IMG/VR virus record: IMGVR_UViG_3300047308_000211
Span: 1-56,337 of that record
DNA length: 56,337 nt
Direction: 5' to 3' (one strand)
Source: a virus
Lineage: Duplodnaviria; Caudoviricetes
In this document: piece after piece, positions 1 to 8,415 of the stretch
Numbering within the stretch: the stretch's first letter is position 1
Layout: the number at the start of each line of letters is the position of its first letter
The notes under the pieces: model-generated
Databases searched by the model: none
The model's input: the letters and a program-made list of their open reading frames with translations, nothing else
Told to the model about the DNA's origin: nothing
Translations under genes and position numbers: made by a program

Positions 1-2
1 TT

Positions 3-86
3 GTTGAATCTAATATGTCTACTCAAGACCGAATCTCGATAGCGTTTAATACGTCTTTACAATTAAATGATGGAGAGAGTGTTTAA
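3..86 (+). CDS. Partial C-terminus of putative 2OG-Fe(II) oxygenase (TIGR02466-like)
   Basis: Frame from position 3 reads VESNMSTQDRISIAFNTSLQLNDGESV*. 'VExNxSxxDRISIAFN' is the typical C-terminal motif of this family. Its TAA overlaps the terL ATG (TAATG at 84-88). Truncated by the window edge. Confidence 0.65.
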   Translation, partial: VESNMSTQDRISIAFNTSLQLNDGESV

Positions 87-1372
87 TGCTCATAGTCTCA
101 CGACCAGATATCAATGTCGATGTTATCGCCGAAATAGACCCTCAACAGAGGTTTATTAAGCTACCCATAACAAACTACTTAAAACTGCTAGATGTATACG
201 ATACAATCAATCGTCCCCAAATTGCTTTAATTAACGCAGTCAACGATCCCAAGTACAGGTTTATTTGTGCTGCCCTTGCACGCCGATTGGGAAAAACTTA
301 TATAGCCAATATTATTGGCCAACTAGTAACACTAGTTCCGGGGTCAAATGTCTTAATCATTTCACCAAACTATAACTTATCATCAATATCATTTGAACTA
401 CAACGCAAACTTATCAAGCACTTCGACCTCGAAGTCGCACGTGACAACCTCAAAGACAAAATTATCGAGCTTTCAAATGGTTCTACCATTCGTATGGGTT
501 CTCTTAGTACCGTTGATAGTACTGTTGGTCGATCATATGATTTGATCATATTTGACGAGGCTGCCCTAGGCGAAGGCGGTGAAGCCGCCTTTAATGTGGC
601 ACTGCGTCCAACTCTTGATAAGCCCCAAGCAAAAGCTATTTTTATCTCCACACCTCGTGGTCGTAACAATTGGTTTTCACAATTTTGGAATCGTGGCTTT
701 GATCCAGGGTTCCCCGAGTGGATTAGCTTACAAGCTGATTACACAGAAAATACTCGCATGGCTGAGTCAGACGTTGCTGAAGCACGTCGATCAATGTCAA
801 AGTCCGAGTTTGAACAAGAATATTTGGCTTCATTTTCCGTATTTGAGGGTCAGATTTACACATTACAGGATACAGATGTTATTGAGATTCCCGAAGACCT
901 CAAAGGTGAGGCATTTGCTGGGTGCGACCCTGGTTACCGAGACGCTACTGCTTATTGTGCTATCGTGTACGATTGGAACCGCGATTGCTTTTATATTGTC
1001 GACGAATACCTAATGTCAGAAAAGACTACTCAAGAGCATGCTCAAGCATTTACTGAGATGAATGAGCGTCATGGCGTTGAAGTCACATTTATTGACTCGG
1101 CTGCCGCACAATTTGCAGGCGACTTGGCTTATCTTTATAATATTTCGACTACTAAAGCTAAAAAAGATGTCTTACCAGGCATTGCGTATGTTCAGACCTT
1201 ACTACAACAAGGTCGATTAAAGGTTGCCCCACATTGCACTAACGTACGTGCTATGTTTGACCAGTACCGCTGGGATCAACGTGAGGGTCTACAACGTGAA
1301 CGACCAATGCATGATGATTATAGTCACATGGCCGATGCCGTTCGCTACGCACTATATACCTATACTGTTTAA
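86..1372 (+). CDS. terL: Terminase large subunit (T5-like)
   Basis: Walker A ARRLGKT, Walker B LIIFDE, ISTPRG coupling motif, nuclease GCDPG and HMADAVRYA motifs. Confidence 0.95.
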   Translation: MLIVSRPDINVDVIAEIDPQQRFIKLPITNYLKLLDVYDTINRPQIALINAVNDPKYRFICAALARRLGKTYIANIIGQLVTLVPGSNVLIISPNYNLSSISFELQRKLIKHFDLEVARDNLKDKIIELSNGSTIRMGSLSTVDSTVGRSYDLIIFDEAALGEGGEAAFNVALRPTLDKPQAKAIFISTPRGRNNWFSQFWNRGFDPGFPEWISLQADYTENTRMAESDVAEARRSMSKSEFEQEYLASFSVFEGQIYTLQDTDVIEIPEDLKGEAFAGCDPGYRDATAYCAIVYDWNRDCFYIVDEYLMSEKTTQEHAQAFTEMNERHGVEVTFIDSAAAQFAGDLAYLYNISTTKAKKDVLPGIAYVQTLLQQGRLKVAPHCTNVRAMFDQYRWDQREGLQRERPMHDDYSHMADAVRYALYTYTV

Positions 1373-1392
1373 TGCCACAAAAAATTTATGCA

Positions 1393-1421
1393 TTGACTTT
1401 TAGTTGCTGTTCTGCTATAAT
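1393..1421 (+). promoter_or_regulatory. Sigma70-type promoter with extended -10
   Basis: TTGACT (1393-1398), 17-bp spacer, TG-n-TATAAT (TATAAT 1416-1421), upstream of dps. Confidence 0.85.
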
Positions 1422-1462
1422 ACTAGGTAATTGTGGTGCATTTTGTACCCTTGGAGATTTAA

Positions 1463-1903
1463 ATGGATAAAACAGAATACGAAGCAATGCTAAAAGCGGC
1501 GTTTGCCTCAGAGTTCTCGTTCTTCTTAAAAGCAGCTAACTTTCACTGGAATGTTGAAGGTAGCTTGTTTCCGCAGTATCATGAACTGTTTGGTAAGATT
1601 TACGGCGAAGTCTACGGGTCAATCGACACGTTTGCCGAAGAACTGCGCGCATTACGTATTTATGCACCTGCTGCATTTGAAACGTTTGACGAAATTTCAG
1701 CGGTTGAATGTCAACTTGAAGTGCCCAACGGCATGCAAATGACACAAGAACTTTTAGCTGATTCGGATTTAATGTCGGAGATGTTTCGTAGCGCGTATGT
1801 GGCTGCTGAAGCAATGGGCGATTTTGGTTTAGCTAACTTTTTAGCAGATCGTCAAGACGCTCACCGCAAACACTCTTGGATGTTACGCTCAACGCTAAAA
1901 TAA
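1463..1903 (+). CDS. dps: Dps/ferritin-like DNA-protection protein
   Basis: FHWNVEG...QYHELF...IDTFAEELR ferroxidase-centre signature; C-terminal KHSWML; 146 aa; GGAG RBS. Confidence 0.9.
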   Translation: MDKTEYEAMLKAAFASEFSFFLKAANFHWNVEGSLFPQYHELFGKIYGEVYGSIDTFAEELRALRIYAPAAFETFDEISAVECQLEVPNGMQMTQELLADSDLMSEMFRSAYVAAEAMGDFGLANFLADRQDAHRKHSWMLRSTLK

Positions 1904-2334
1904 TGGCTAAGAATACAAATAAACGAATTCCCGTAAAATGGGTTCGTGATAGGGCTAAAGCAGCCTACGAAAAGAAAACGCAGTGTTGTATTTGTGGAGA
2001 TACCACAGATCTAGAACTGCATCACCTACATTCAGTTACTATACTCCTAGATAAATGGGCTGAAGCTAAAGGTTATGACATTTCAACAGATGAAGGCATT
2101 GTAGCTGTAAGAGATGAGTTTATTGATGAGCATCGTGTTGAGTTATATGATCAAGTTTACACCCTTTGTAATCGTCATCATGTAGCGCTTCATGGCGTTT
2201 ATGGTAAAGCTCCTCGACCTGGTTCAGAATCGAAACAGGCTCATTGGATTGAGATGCAGCGTGCAAAATATTCAGGTACTGAAACAGTTGTTCCCAAGAA
2301 AAGCTTTGGTAGTTTTTTCTCAGAGTTTACTTAA
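1903..2334 (+). CDS. HNH-family (nicking) endonuclease
   Basis: CxxC...LELHH...TLCNRHHVALH HNH motif; sits between terL and portal like the T5 nicking endonuclease. Start placed at ATG 1903, which overlaps the dps stop. Confidence 0.8.
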   Translation: MAKNTNKRIPVKWVRDRAKAAYEKKTQCCICGDTTDLELHHLHSVTILLDKWAEAKGYDISTDEGIVAVRDEFIDEHRVELYDQVYTLCNRHHVALHGVYGKAPRPGSESKQAHWIEMQRAKYSGTETVVPKKSFGSFFSEFT

Positions 2335-2343
2335 GGGAAAACT

Positions 2344-3519
2344 ATGTCAAGATTTACAGATTGGATTGTTGAAAAACTTAATCCAGCACAGACCCGTATT
2401 GCACAAGAAGCGGGCACACAAATTTCTACGGAAAGCAAGCTAACATATCGCCAAGCTTTCCAAAAACTAGAGTCAGTTAATCGTTCAGTTAATATGCTTG
2501 TTAGCGCAGCTAGCTCGCTTGACTATGACGTAAAAGATAAAATTAATGAAGGTATTGTTTCGGGGATGCGTCAAAAGCAGCTGAACACGCTTTTAAACTT
2601 TCGCCCAAACCCATACCAATCAACACAAGAGTTTCGTCAATCGATCTTTACGGATTTGATCTTAGAAGGTAATGTATTTGTACACTTTGATGGTGTATTT
2701 ATGTACCACCTTCCTGCAGCAAATGTCGAAATTTTAACTGATACCAAAACATTTATCCGTGGTTATCGTTACAACGGAATGGTTGACTTTAAAGAGTCGG
2801 AAGTCTTTCACTTCCGTGATCTTAACTCGCATAGTATATATCGCGGCGCTTCGCGCCTTGAAGCAGCTCAACGTTCCATTACTACTTTATACGCAATGAA
2901 AGACTTTCAAGAGAATTTCTTTGAAAACGGAGCTGTGTTTGGTTTAGTGTTGACCAGCGAGAATACGCTGTCACAGATTGCAAAAGAAAAAACAATACAA
3001 TACTGGTTACAAAAATATTCAACTAAACAAGGCGGTAAGCGCCCAGTAATCTTAGATTCTGGACTGAAGCCTGCACAAGTATCTAATCAAAACTTTAAAG
3101 ACATGGATTTTGATCTGTCAATTAAAACTCACAACGAATTAATAATGCACTGTATAGGTATTCCGCCTATTTTATTAGCTGGTGGAAATAACGCAAACAT
3201 CTCGCCTAATCTACGACTATTTTATTTAGAAACAGTAATGCCAGTTGTTCGTAAGTTTACATCAAGCCTAGAACGATACTTTGGATATGACATTGAAGCA
3301 ATTACTGCATCAGTAAGTGCTTTACAACCAGAATTAAAAGATATTGCTGCCTACCATTCGACATTAGTCAATGCAGGCATCATTACAGCTAATGAAGCAA
3401 GAAAAGAATTACGTTATGAGCCAATTACTGGCAATGACGAAATAAGAATACCCGCTAATATCGCGGGTTCGGCTGCTGATCCGTCGAAAGGTGGTAGGCC
3501 CACAGATAATCAGCAATAA
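2344..3519 (+). CDS. Portal protein (HK97-family, T5 pb7-like)
   Basis: RPNPYQS, FFENGA, GIPPILL and ITANEAR motifs; 391 aa; position in the head module. Confidence 0.93.
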   Translation: MSRFTDWIVEKLNPAQTRIAQEAGTQISTESKLTYRQAFQKLESVNRSVNMLVSAASSLDYDVKDKINEGIVSGMRQKQLNTLLNFRPNPYQSTQEFRQSIFTDLILEGNVFVHFDGVFMYHLPAANVEILTDTKTFIRGYRYNGMVDFKESEVFHFRDLNSHSIYRGASRLEAAQRSITTLYAMKDFQENFFENGAVFGLVLTSENTLSQIAKEKTIQYWLQKYSTKQGGKRPVILDSGLKPAQVSNQNFKDMDFDLSIKTHNELIMHCIGIPPILLAGGNNANISPNLRLFYLETVMPVVRKFTSSLERYFGYDIEAITASVSALQPELKDIAAYHSTLVNAGIITANEARKELRYEPITGNDEIRIPANIAGSAADPSKGGRPTDNQQ

Positions 3520-3529
3520 AAGGGGTAAT

Positions 3530-5482
3530 ATGGTAGATAAAAGTAAAGTACTGTTTTTAAACAGTTCATTTATCAAGAACGATACCACCGACGGAAAGAC
3601 AACTAGTATAACAATTGAAGGGTACGCAAGTACTGATGACGTTGATAGACAAGGCGACATTGTCCCAGCAAGTGTATGGAAAAAGGGTATACAAAATTAT
3701 TTGAAGAATCCCGTAATTTTGGCATATCATGACCATAGCGAGCCAGTTGGTAGGATGGTAGAACATAGAGTTGACGGTAAAGGGTTATGGATTAAAGCCA
3801 GAATTTCTTCAGCCGCTGGTGAAGTGTTTAATCTTGTAAAAGATGGCATCTTAACGGCATTTAGTATCGGTTTCCGAATCGTAGATGCGGAATATGATGC
3901 AGCCAAAGAGTTGTTTGTGGTAAAAGAGCTAGAACTGCACGAAATCTCAGTAGTGTCAGTGCCAGCTAATCAAAATACACTATTTAGTCTTTCTAAGGCG
4001 TTTGATACAGCCGAAGAATTTAAATCTTTCAAAATGCAGTTTGCACCCGACAGCGATTCAGCTAAAGGGCTAGAATCCTCAACGGAAGCAAACGGCGAAA
4101 TTAAAAAGGAATGGGAAATGGATCCTAAACAATTAGAACAAATGTTGGCTGATGCAGCTAACAAAGCGGCTGAGCTCACTGCTAAAGCCATCGCCGATAC
4201 ACAGGCAAAACAATTAGCTGAAAAAGCTGCTGCTGACAAAGTGGAAGCCGAATTAGATGCACGCGTTAAAGCCGCTGTTGCCTCTATCTCTACTGGTGAC
4301 ACAGGTGCTGAGCGCTTGATGGCCGAAGTTGAGAAACGCTTAGCTACTGCTGAAGAGTCAAGCAAATCAGTTATCGCTGGTTTAGAAGCTTCTTTGAAAG
4401 AAAAAGCTGCTGAAATTGAAGCAATCACAAAATCAAAAATGTCTTTCCAAGAAGCCAAAGACGGTATGTCTTACGGTGACAAAGAAAAGGCTGTTATGTT
4501 GGCCAAAATGGCTGGTAAGTCATTGGAAAGCACAAAGTTTGGCCGCGATATGGTCCAAAAATACGGTGCTCACGTGCCTTCAGCTACATGGGAACTCGAA
4601 GTTTCATTGAACATGGAAGCTGAGGTTCGTCGTCGTTTAGTTGTTGCTCCTATTTTCCGCAACATTGCTATGCAAACCAACGTGATGACACTGCCAGTGA
4701 ACCCAGAAGCAGGTTTAGCAACTTGGATTTCTAACAGCGACTTCGGCGCTGCTGCTAGTGCAGGTGCTGCTCGTAGCGGTACAAACGGCGATGCCGGTAC
4801 ACACACTATCAAAGAAATCACTTTGAACGCATATAAAGTTGCTACTAACGAGTACACTGCATATGAAGAAGAAGAAGATTCATTGTTGGCTTTGATGCCT
4901 ATGATTCGTGATGGTATGATCCGTCGTGTTGCTCGTACTGTTGATCGCGCTTTCTTACGCGGTGCTGGTTCCGGTTCTGATCCCGTTAAAGGATTAGCAG
5001 CTTGGTCTTCTAACACTACTGCCGTTGGTGCAACTGTTCCTAATACCGCTGCTGCTGGTGTAAACGTTGCTAAACTGCGCACCTTACGTCAAGGTTTAGG
5101 TGCTTGGGGTCTTGATCCTGCTGAAGTAGTCTATCTCGTTAATACCGAGACATATTACAGCCTGTTGGAAGATACAACCTTCCAAACAATGAACCAAGTT
5201 GGCACACAAGCTACATTATTGACTGGTCAAATTGGCCAAATCGGTGGTAGCCCAGTGTTGGTATCTGCAGAATTCGAAACTGCAGCAACCTCTAAAGTTG
5301 GAGCTATCTGCTTGAACCCAGGTAACTTTATTGTTGGTAACCAGCGCGGTCTCCGCATTGATACCCAAGAATTGGTTGAAACACAACGTCGCGTTATGGT
5401 GGCTAGCCTCCGTACCGGTATGACACGTATTACCAATAACTTAGGTAACGCTGTTACAGCACACACTTACACAGCAACCTGA
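3530..5482 (+). CDS. Prohead protease fused in frame to major capsid protein (HK97 fold, with scaffolding region)
   Basis: N-terminal IEGYAST..DRQGD, LAYHDH, FSIGF, EISVVSVPAN (HK97-type protease); then an Ala/Lys/Glu coiled coil and a capsid domain. Start placed at ATG 3530 after an AGGGGT RBS. Confidence 0.9.
   Translation: MVDKSKVLFLNSSFIKNDTTDGKTTSITIEGYASTDDVDRQGDIVPASVWKKGIQNYLKNPVILAYHDHSEPVGRMVEHRVDGKGLWIKARISSAAGEVFNLVKDGILTAFSIGFRIVDAEYDAAKELFVVKELELHEISVVSVPANQNTLFSLSKAFDTAEEFKSFKMQFAPDSDSAKGLESSTEANGEIKKEWEMDPKQLEQMLADAANKAAELTAKAIADTQAKQLAEKAAADKVEAELDARVKAAVASISTGDTGAERLMAEVEKRLATAEESSKSVIAGLEASLKEKAAEIEAITKSKMSFQEAKDGMSYGDKEKAVMLAKMAGKSLESTKFGRDMVQKYGAHVPSATWELEVSLNMEAEVRRRLVVAPIFRNIAMQTNVMTLPVNPEAGLATWISNSDFGAAASAGAARSGTNGDAGTHTIKEITLNAYKVATNEYTAYEEEEDSLLALMPMIRDGMIRRVARTVDRAFLRGAGSGSDPVKGLAAWSSNTTAVGATVPNTAAAGVNVAKLRTLRQGLGAWGLDPAEVVYLVNTETYYSLLEDTTFQTMNQVGTQATLLTGQIGQIGGSPVLVSAEFETAATSKVGAICLNPGNFIVGNQRGLRIDTQELVETQRRVMVASLRTGMTRITNNLGNAVTAHTYTAT
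4106..4120 (+). promoter_or_regulatory. Putative internal in-frame ribosome binding site and start for the capsid protein
   Basis: AAGGA (4106-4110), 7 nt, ATG (4118) at the protease/scaffold boundary; would give a 454-aa product. Confidence 0.6.
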
Positions 5483-5500
5483 TCTGCTAGTGTAATTGTT

Positions 5501-5528
5501 AACAAGACCCTTCGGGGTCTTGTTTTAT
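5501..5528 (+). terminator. Intrinsic terminator after the capsid gene
   Basis: AACAAGACCC-TTCG-GGGTCTTGTT: 10-bp stem with a cUUCGg tetraloop, followed by T residues. Confidence 0.85.
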
Positions 5529-5569
5529 AAAGGCATCACAAGTGCTTTTATAAAACAAGCGAGGTAATT

Positions 5570-6136
5570 ATGGCATATGATTTAGTAACAAAATCTGAAT
5601 ACAAAAATTACATGGGAATTATAAGTGTTAATTCAGACTCAGAAATTGATTTCTTAATACCTAAGGTCAGTGACCTAGTAAAATCATACTGCCGTCGTAC
5701 TTTTATTGATTACTTTAGTGATGTAAAAATTGAGTTCTTTGATGGTGGCTTCAGAGAAATATTACTAAAAGAAACTCCCATTGTAAATGTTTTATCAGTA
5801 GCTTATAGCGAAGACTATGGCAAAACGTACACAAATTTAGTAAAATTCACAGACTGGGTAGCCCGTGGCGACGCAGTAATTAGTATTGATCCAAGCGGGT
5901 TTAAAGAAGTACTTAACGGATACAGAGTAAATTATTTTGGCGGCTACGATGCCGTACCAGGAGATTTAAAATTAGCCGTACTAGACTTAATAGAATACTA
6001 TTCTAGAAATAACGGTGCTGTTCACAGCACTCGTGATTTAAATCCTAACACTACGCAGATTAATTACGTTGCTTCAAGCAATTTTCCAGCATCAATCAAG
6101 CGTGTGCTTGATCAGTACATGGCGGACTTTACATAA
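5570..6136 (+). CDS. Head completion / head-tail connector (T5 p144-like)
   Basis: YCRRTF, V.Y.GGY..VPGDLKLAVLDLIEYY motifs; directly after the capsid gene. Confidence 0.8.
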   Translation: MAYDLVTKSEYKNYMGIISVNSDSEIDFLIPKVSDLVKSYCRRTFIDYFSDVKIEFFDGGFREILLKETPIVNVLSVAYSEDYGKTYTNLVKFTDWVARGDAVISIDPSGFKEVLNGYRVNYFGGYDAVPGDLKLAVLDLIEYYSRNNGAVHSTRDLNPNTTQINYVASSNFPASIKRVLDQYMADFT

Positions 6137-7908
6137 TGTCTAAAAACTTATCTGGTGCTTATAATGCGGGGATGTTATTAGAATTCATGTCCGGTATAAA
6201 GTTGGCAAATGTTGCGGCTGATAAGTTTAATGAAAACACTAGACAAGAACTTGTAAAATTACTACAAAAAGATGTTCGTAACCAAATAGAAGTTAATTTG
6301 CCAGTAATTTATTGGGTAAAACCAACAGAAATTATTAACAACCAAATTAATGGTTTAATGTCTTTAATTAACTCAAATAATCCAAATTTAGGTAAAGATT
6401 ATATTGAAAGTATAGATGTAGACGGAACGGAAATTGTTCAAGGACAACCAAGATTTAACGAAGAACTTGCAAAGAAACTTACTAAATTAAATGATAACAG
6501 TAGTTTTAATAAAAGATTATTAGATACACTAAGAACCGCAATTAGAGGTAACAAAATTTCTATGCAAGAAATTAGCGATCGCGCTAAGTACTTCGAAGAT
6601 AAGCTAAATCAGAGTTCTTCTAATATTAACTTAATCGTTTCTATAGGTACTCCAACAGACGTAAGTAATTTAAAAACTGCACTAACTAACGAAATTCAAA
6701 AAATAGGCTTTGAATTTAAACAATGGTTGAATAGTATAGCACCTGCAGAGTTATTAAACCCACAAGATTATGTCGTTGGTTTCGATCCAGACTCCGAAAT
6801 TATATTTTTAGGCGGTAGTTTTAAAAGTGCCCGTGGCACTACAGTTAACAAAACATGTCAAGAATTTTTTGCAAAAGAACTACCTAAACTAGGAATTAAA
6901 GCTAGACCTACTTTTAGTATAGGTGATTTTACTGCCGCAGGTCATGCGGGTGCCGCATTTAGAACTGGTGGAATTAAAGAAATACAGGGTATAAACACAC
7001 CCTTAACGCAAGAAATATTGTTTCTTGCTGAGCAACAAGGACAAGGTCTTAGCAAATCTGCAATGCAGCCTTTTCTAAATATTGAAGATCACATCGACCT
7101 ATCAATAGAATTTACAAGACAAGTTAAACCTGAAACTATTAATAGTTTATTACATTTAAATTTCTCTTTTGTTGTAACTCAAGAAGCTGCTTGGAATGGT
7201 AGACTTGGTACAGTAGAAAAAGTTACTGGTGGTAAGATTGTTGAGTCAATTTTTAAAGTAAAAAAGAAACAATTGACTGATGCTTTTAAAGAACGACTTT
7301 TTAGAGCAATTAAAGATACCGCAGTAGGTTATTTTACTAGCTCTCCTACAATTAGACAGCTTATAGGCAAACTTTTAGCAAATAGTATAAAAACAGGTAA
7401 AACTAAAAGTGAAGCTCCTACAAAAGGCAGCGCGTCCATAAAAGGAAAACCAGCACTATTTGCCAATAAAAAAATAACTAAACCAGCTAAAAATCCTGGT
7501 AAAATCAAACTACCTCAAACTACAAAAACTTCTTCAAATACAGTTGCTATGAGTAACATGGGGAATACTACTGTAGCGCCAGTAAATTTATTAAATTTAA
7601 TGAATATAATAAATTCACACCTGCAAAGCGTAATAAGCTCTAATATGGGTGACGGGGATAGCAAGAATGTTTTAAATTATCGTACGGGTAGATTTGCAGC
7701 TTCTGCTCAAGTAGAGCGTTTGTCGTACGGTAAAGAAGGTACAATCACTGCTTTTTATAATTACATGAAAAATCCTTACGCAACTTTTAGTGCTGGTGGT
7801 AAACAGTCAAAACCTGTTAGCAGAGATCCTAAAGTACTGATTTCTGCATCTATAAGAGAAATAGCCCAGACAATAGTCAGCAACAAATTAAGGGCCGTAG
7901 CAATATGA
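6136..7908 (+). CDS. Tail completion protein (T5 p143-like C-terminus) with long N-terminal extension
   Basis: C-terminal LNYRTGRFA...YMKNPYATF...RDPKVLI..SIREIA; synteny with T5. Confidence 0.65.
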   Translation: MSKNLSGAYNAGMLLEFMSGIKLANVAADKFNENTRQELVKLLQKDVRNQIEVNLPVIYWVKPTEIINNQINGLMSLINSNNPNLGKDYIESIDVDGTEIVQGQPRFNEELAKKLTKLNDNSSFNKRLLDTLRTAIRGNKISMQEISDRAKYFEDKLNQSSSNINLIVSIGTPTDVSNLKTALTNEIQKIGFEFKQWLNSIAPAELLNPQDYVVGFDPDSEIIFLGGSFKSARGTTVNKTCQEFFAKELPKLGIKARPTFSIGDFTAAGHAGAAFRTGGIKEIQGINTPLTQEILFLAEQQGQGLSKSAMQPFLNIEDHIDLSIEFTRQVKPETINSLLHLNFSFVVTQEAAWNGRLGTVEKVTGGKIVESIFKVKKKQLTDAFKERLFRAIKDTAVGYFTSSPTIRQLIGKLLANSIKTGKTKSEAPTKGSASIKGKPALFANKKITKPAKNPGKIKLPQTTKTSSNTVAMSNMGNTTVAPVNLLNLMNIINSHLQSVISSNMGDGDSKNVLNYRTGRFAASAQVERLSYGKEGTITAFYNYMKNPYATFSAGGKQSKPVSRDPKVLISASIREIAQTIVSNKLRAVAI

Positions 7909-8345
7909 GTAAAAGAAATAGTATTACAAAAGCAATAGCAGAAAAATTAAAAACAATTGACGGCACTGCTCCTTATGAATCAAATTTATACAACAACAGT
8001 TATGCAAAGTTAAAGTTCTGGGACGAAATTCAGGACTTTCCCGCTGTATACTTAGTGCCTGGTACTGAAGTACGCGAATATCATCCAGCAGATTTTACTT
8101 GGTGTTATTTAAATATTGCAGTTAAAGTTTACGTAAAAGATCAAGACGACCCTCAGTTTGAACTAGAAACCCTATTACACGATTTAGAGACTTGTATCAA
8201 TGATAATCGCGTATTAGTCTATGACCAAGCTAACAGCTTGGAAACGACCGAAATATTAATTCAGTCGATAATGACCGACGAAGGGCTACTAGTTCCTTAC
8301 GGTGTCGGAGAGATTAACCTACAGGTGCGATATGCACTACAATAA
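7905..8345 (+). CDS. Tail terminator (T5 p142-like)
   Basis: KFWDEIQDFP, TDEGLL.PYGVGEI motifs; precedes the major tail gene. Confidence 0.75.
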   Translation: MSKRNSITKAIAEKLKTIDGTAPYESNLYNNSYAKLKFWDEIQDFPAVYLVPGTEVREYHPADFTWCYLNIAVKVYVKDQDDPQFELETLLHDLETCINDNRVLVYDQANSLETTEILIQSIMTDEGLLVPYGVGEINLQVRYALQ

Positions 8346-8415
8346 CGTTACCGGCACCAAAACAGATAAATGTCTAGTAGGTGTGCCTTACGTTCCAACC
8401 ACAAGGAAATAAAAT

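Noticed and set aside
1372-1440. CCACA/TGTGG words near the promoters (also ~10682 and ~28167) as a possible operator
   Set aside because: Too short and inconsistent in position and orientation to distinguish from chance.
1903-2334. HNH gene as a mobile homing endonuclease or intron
   Set aside because: It interrupts no gene and occupies the conserved terL-portal position of packaging/nicking nucleases.
3491-3529. ORF-track upstream starts at 3491 (protease) and 1876 (HNH)
   Set aside because: Both overlap upstream genes; the ATGs at 3530 (with RBS) and 1903 (coupled to the dps stop) are more plausible.
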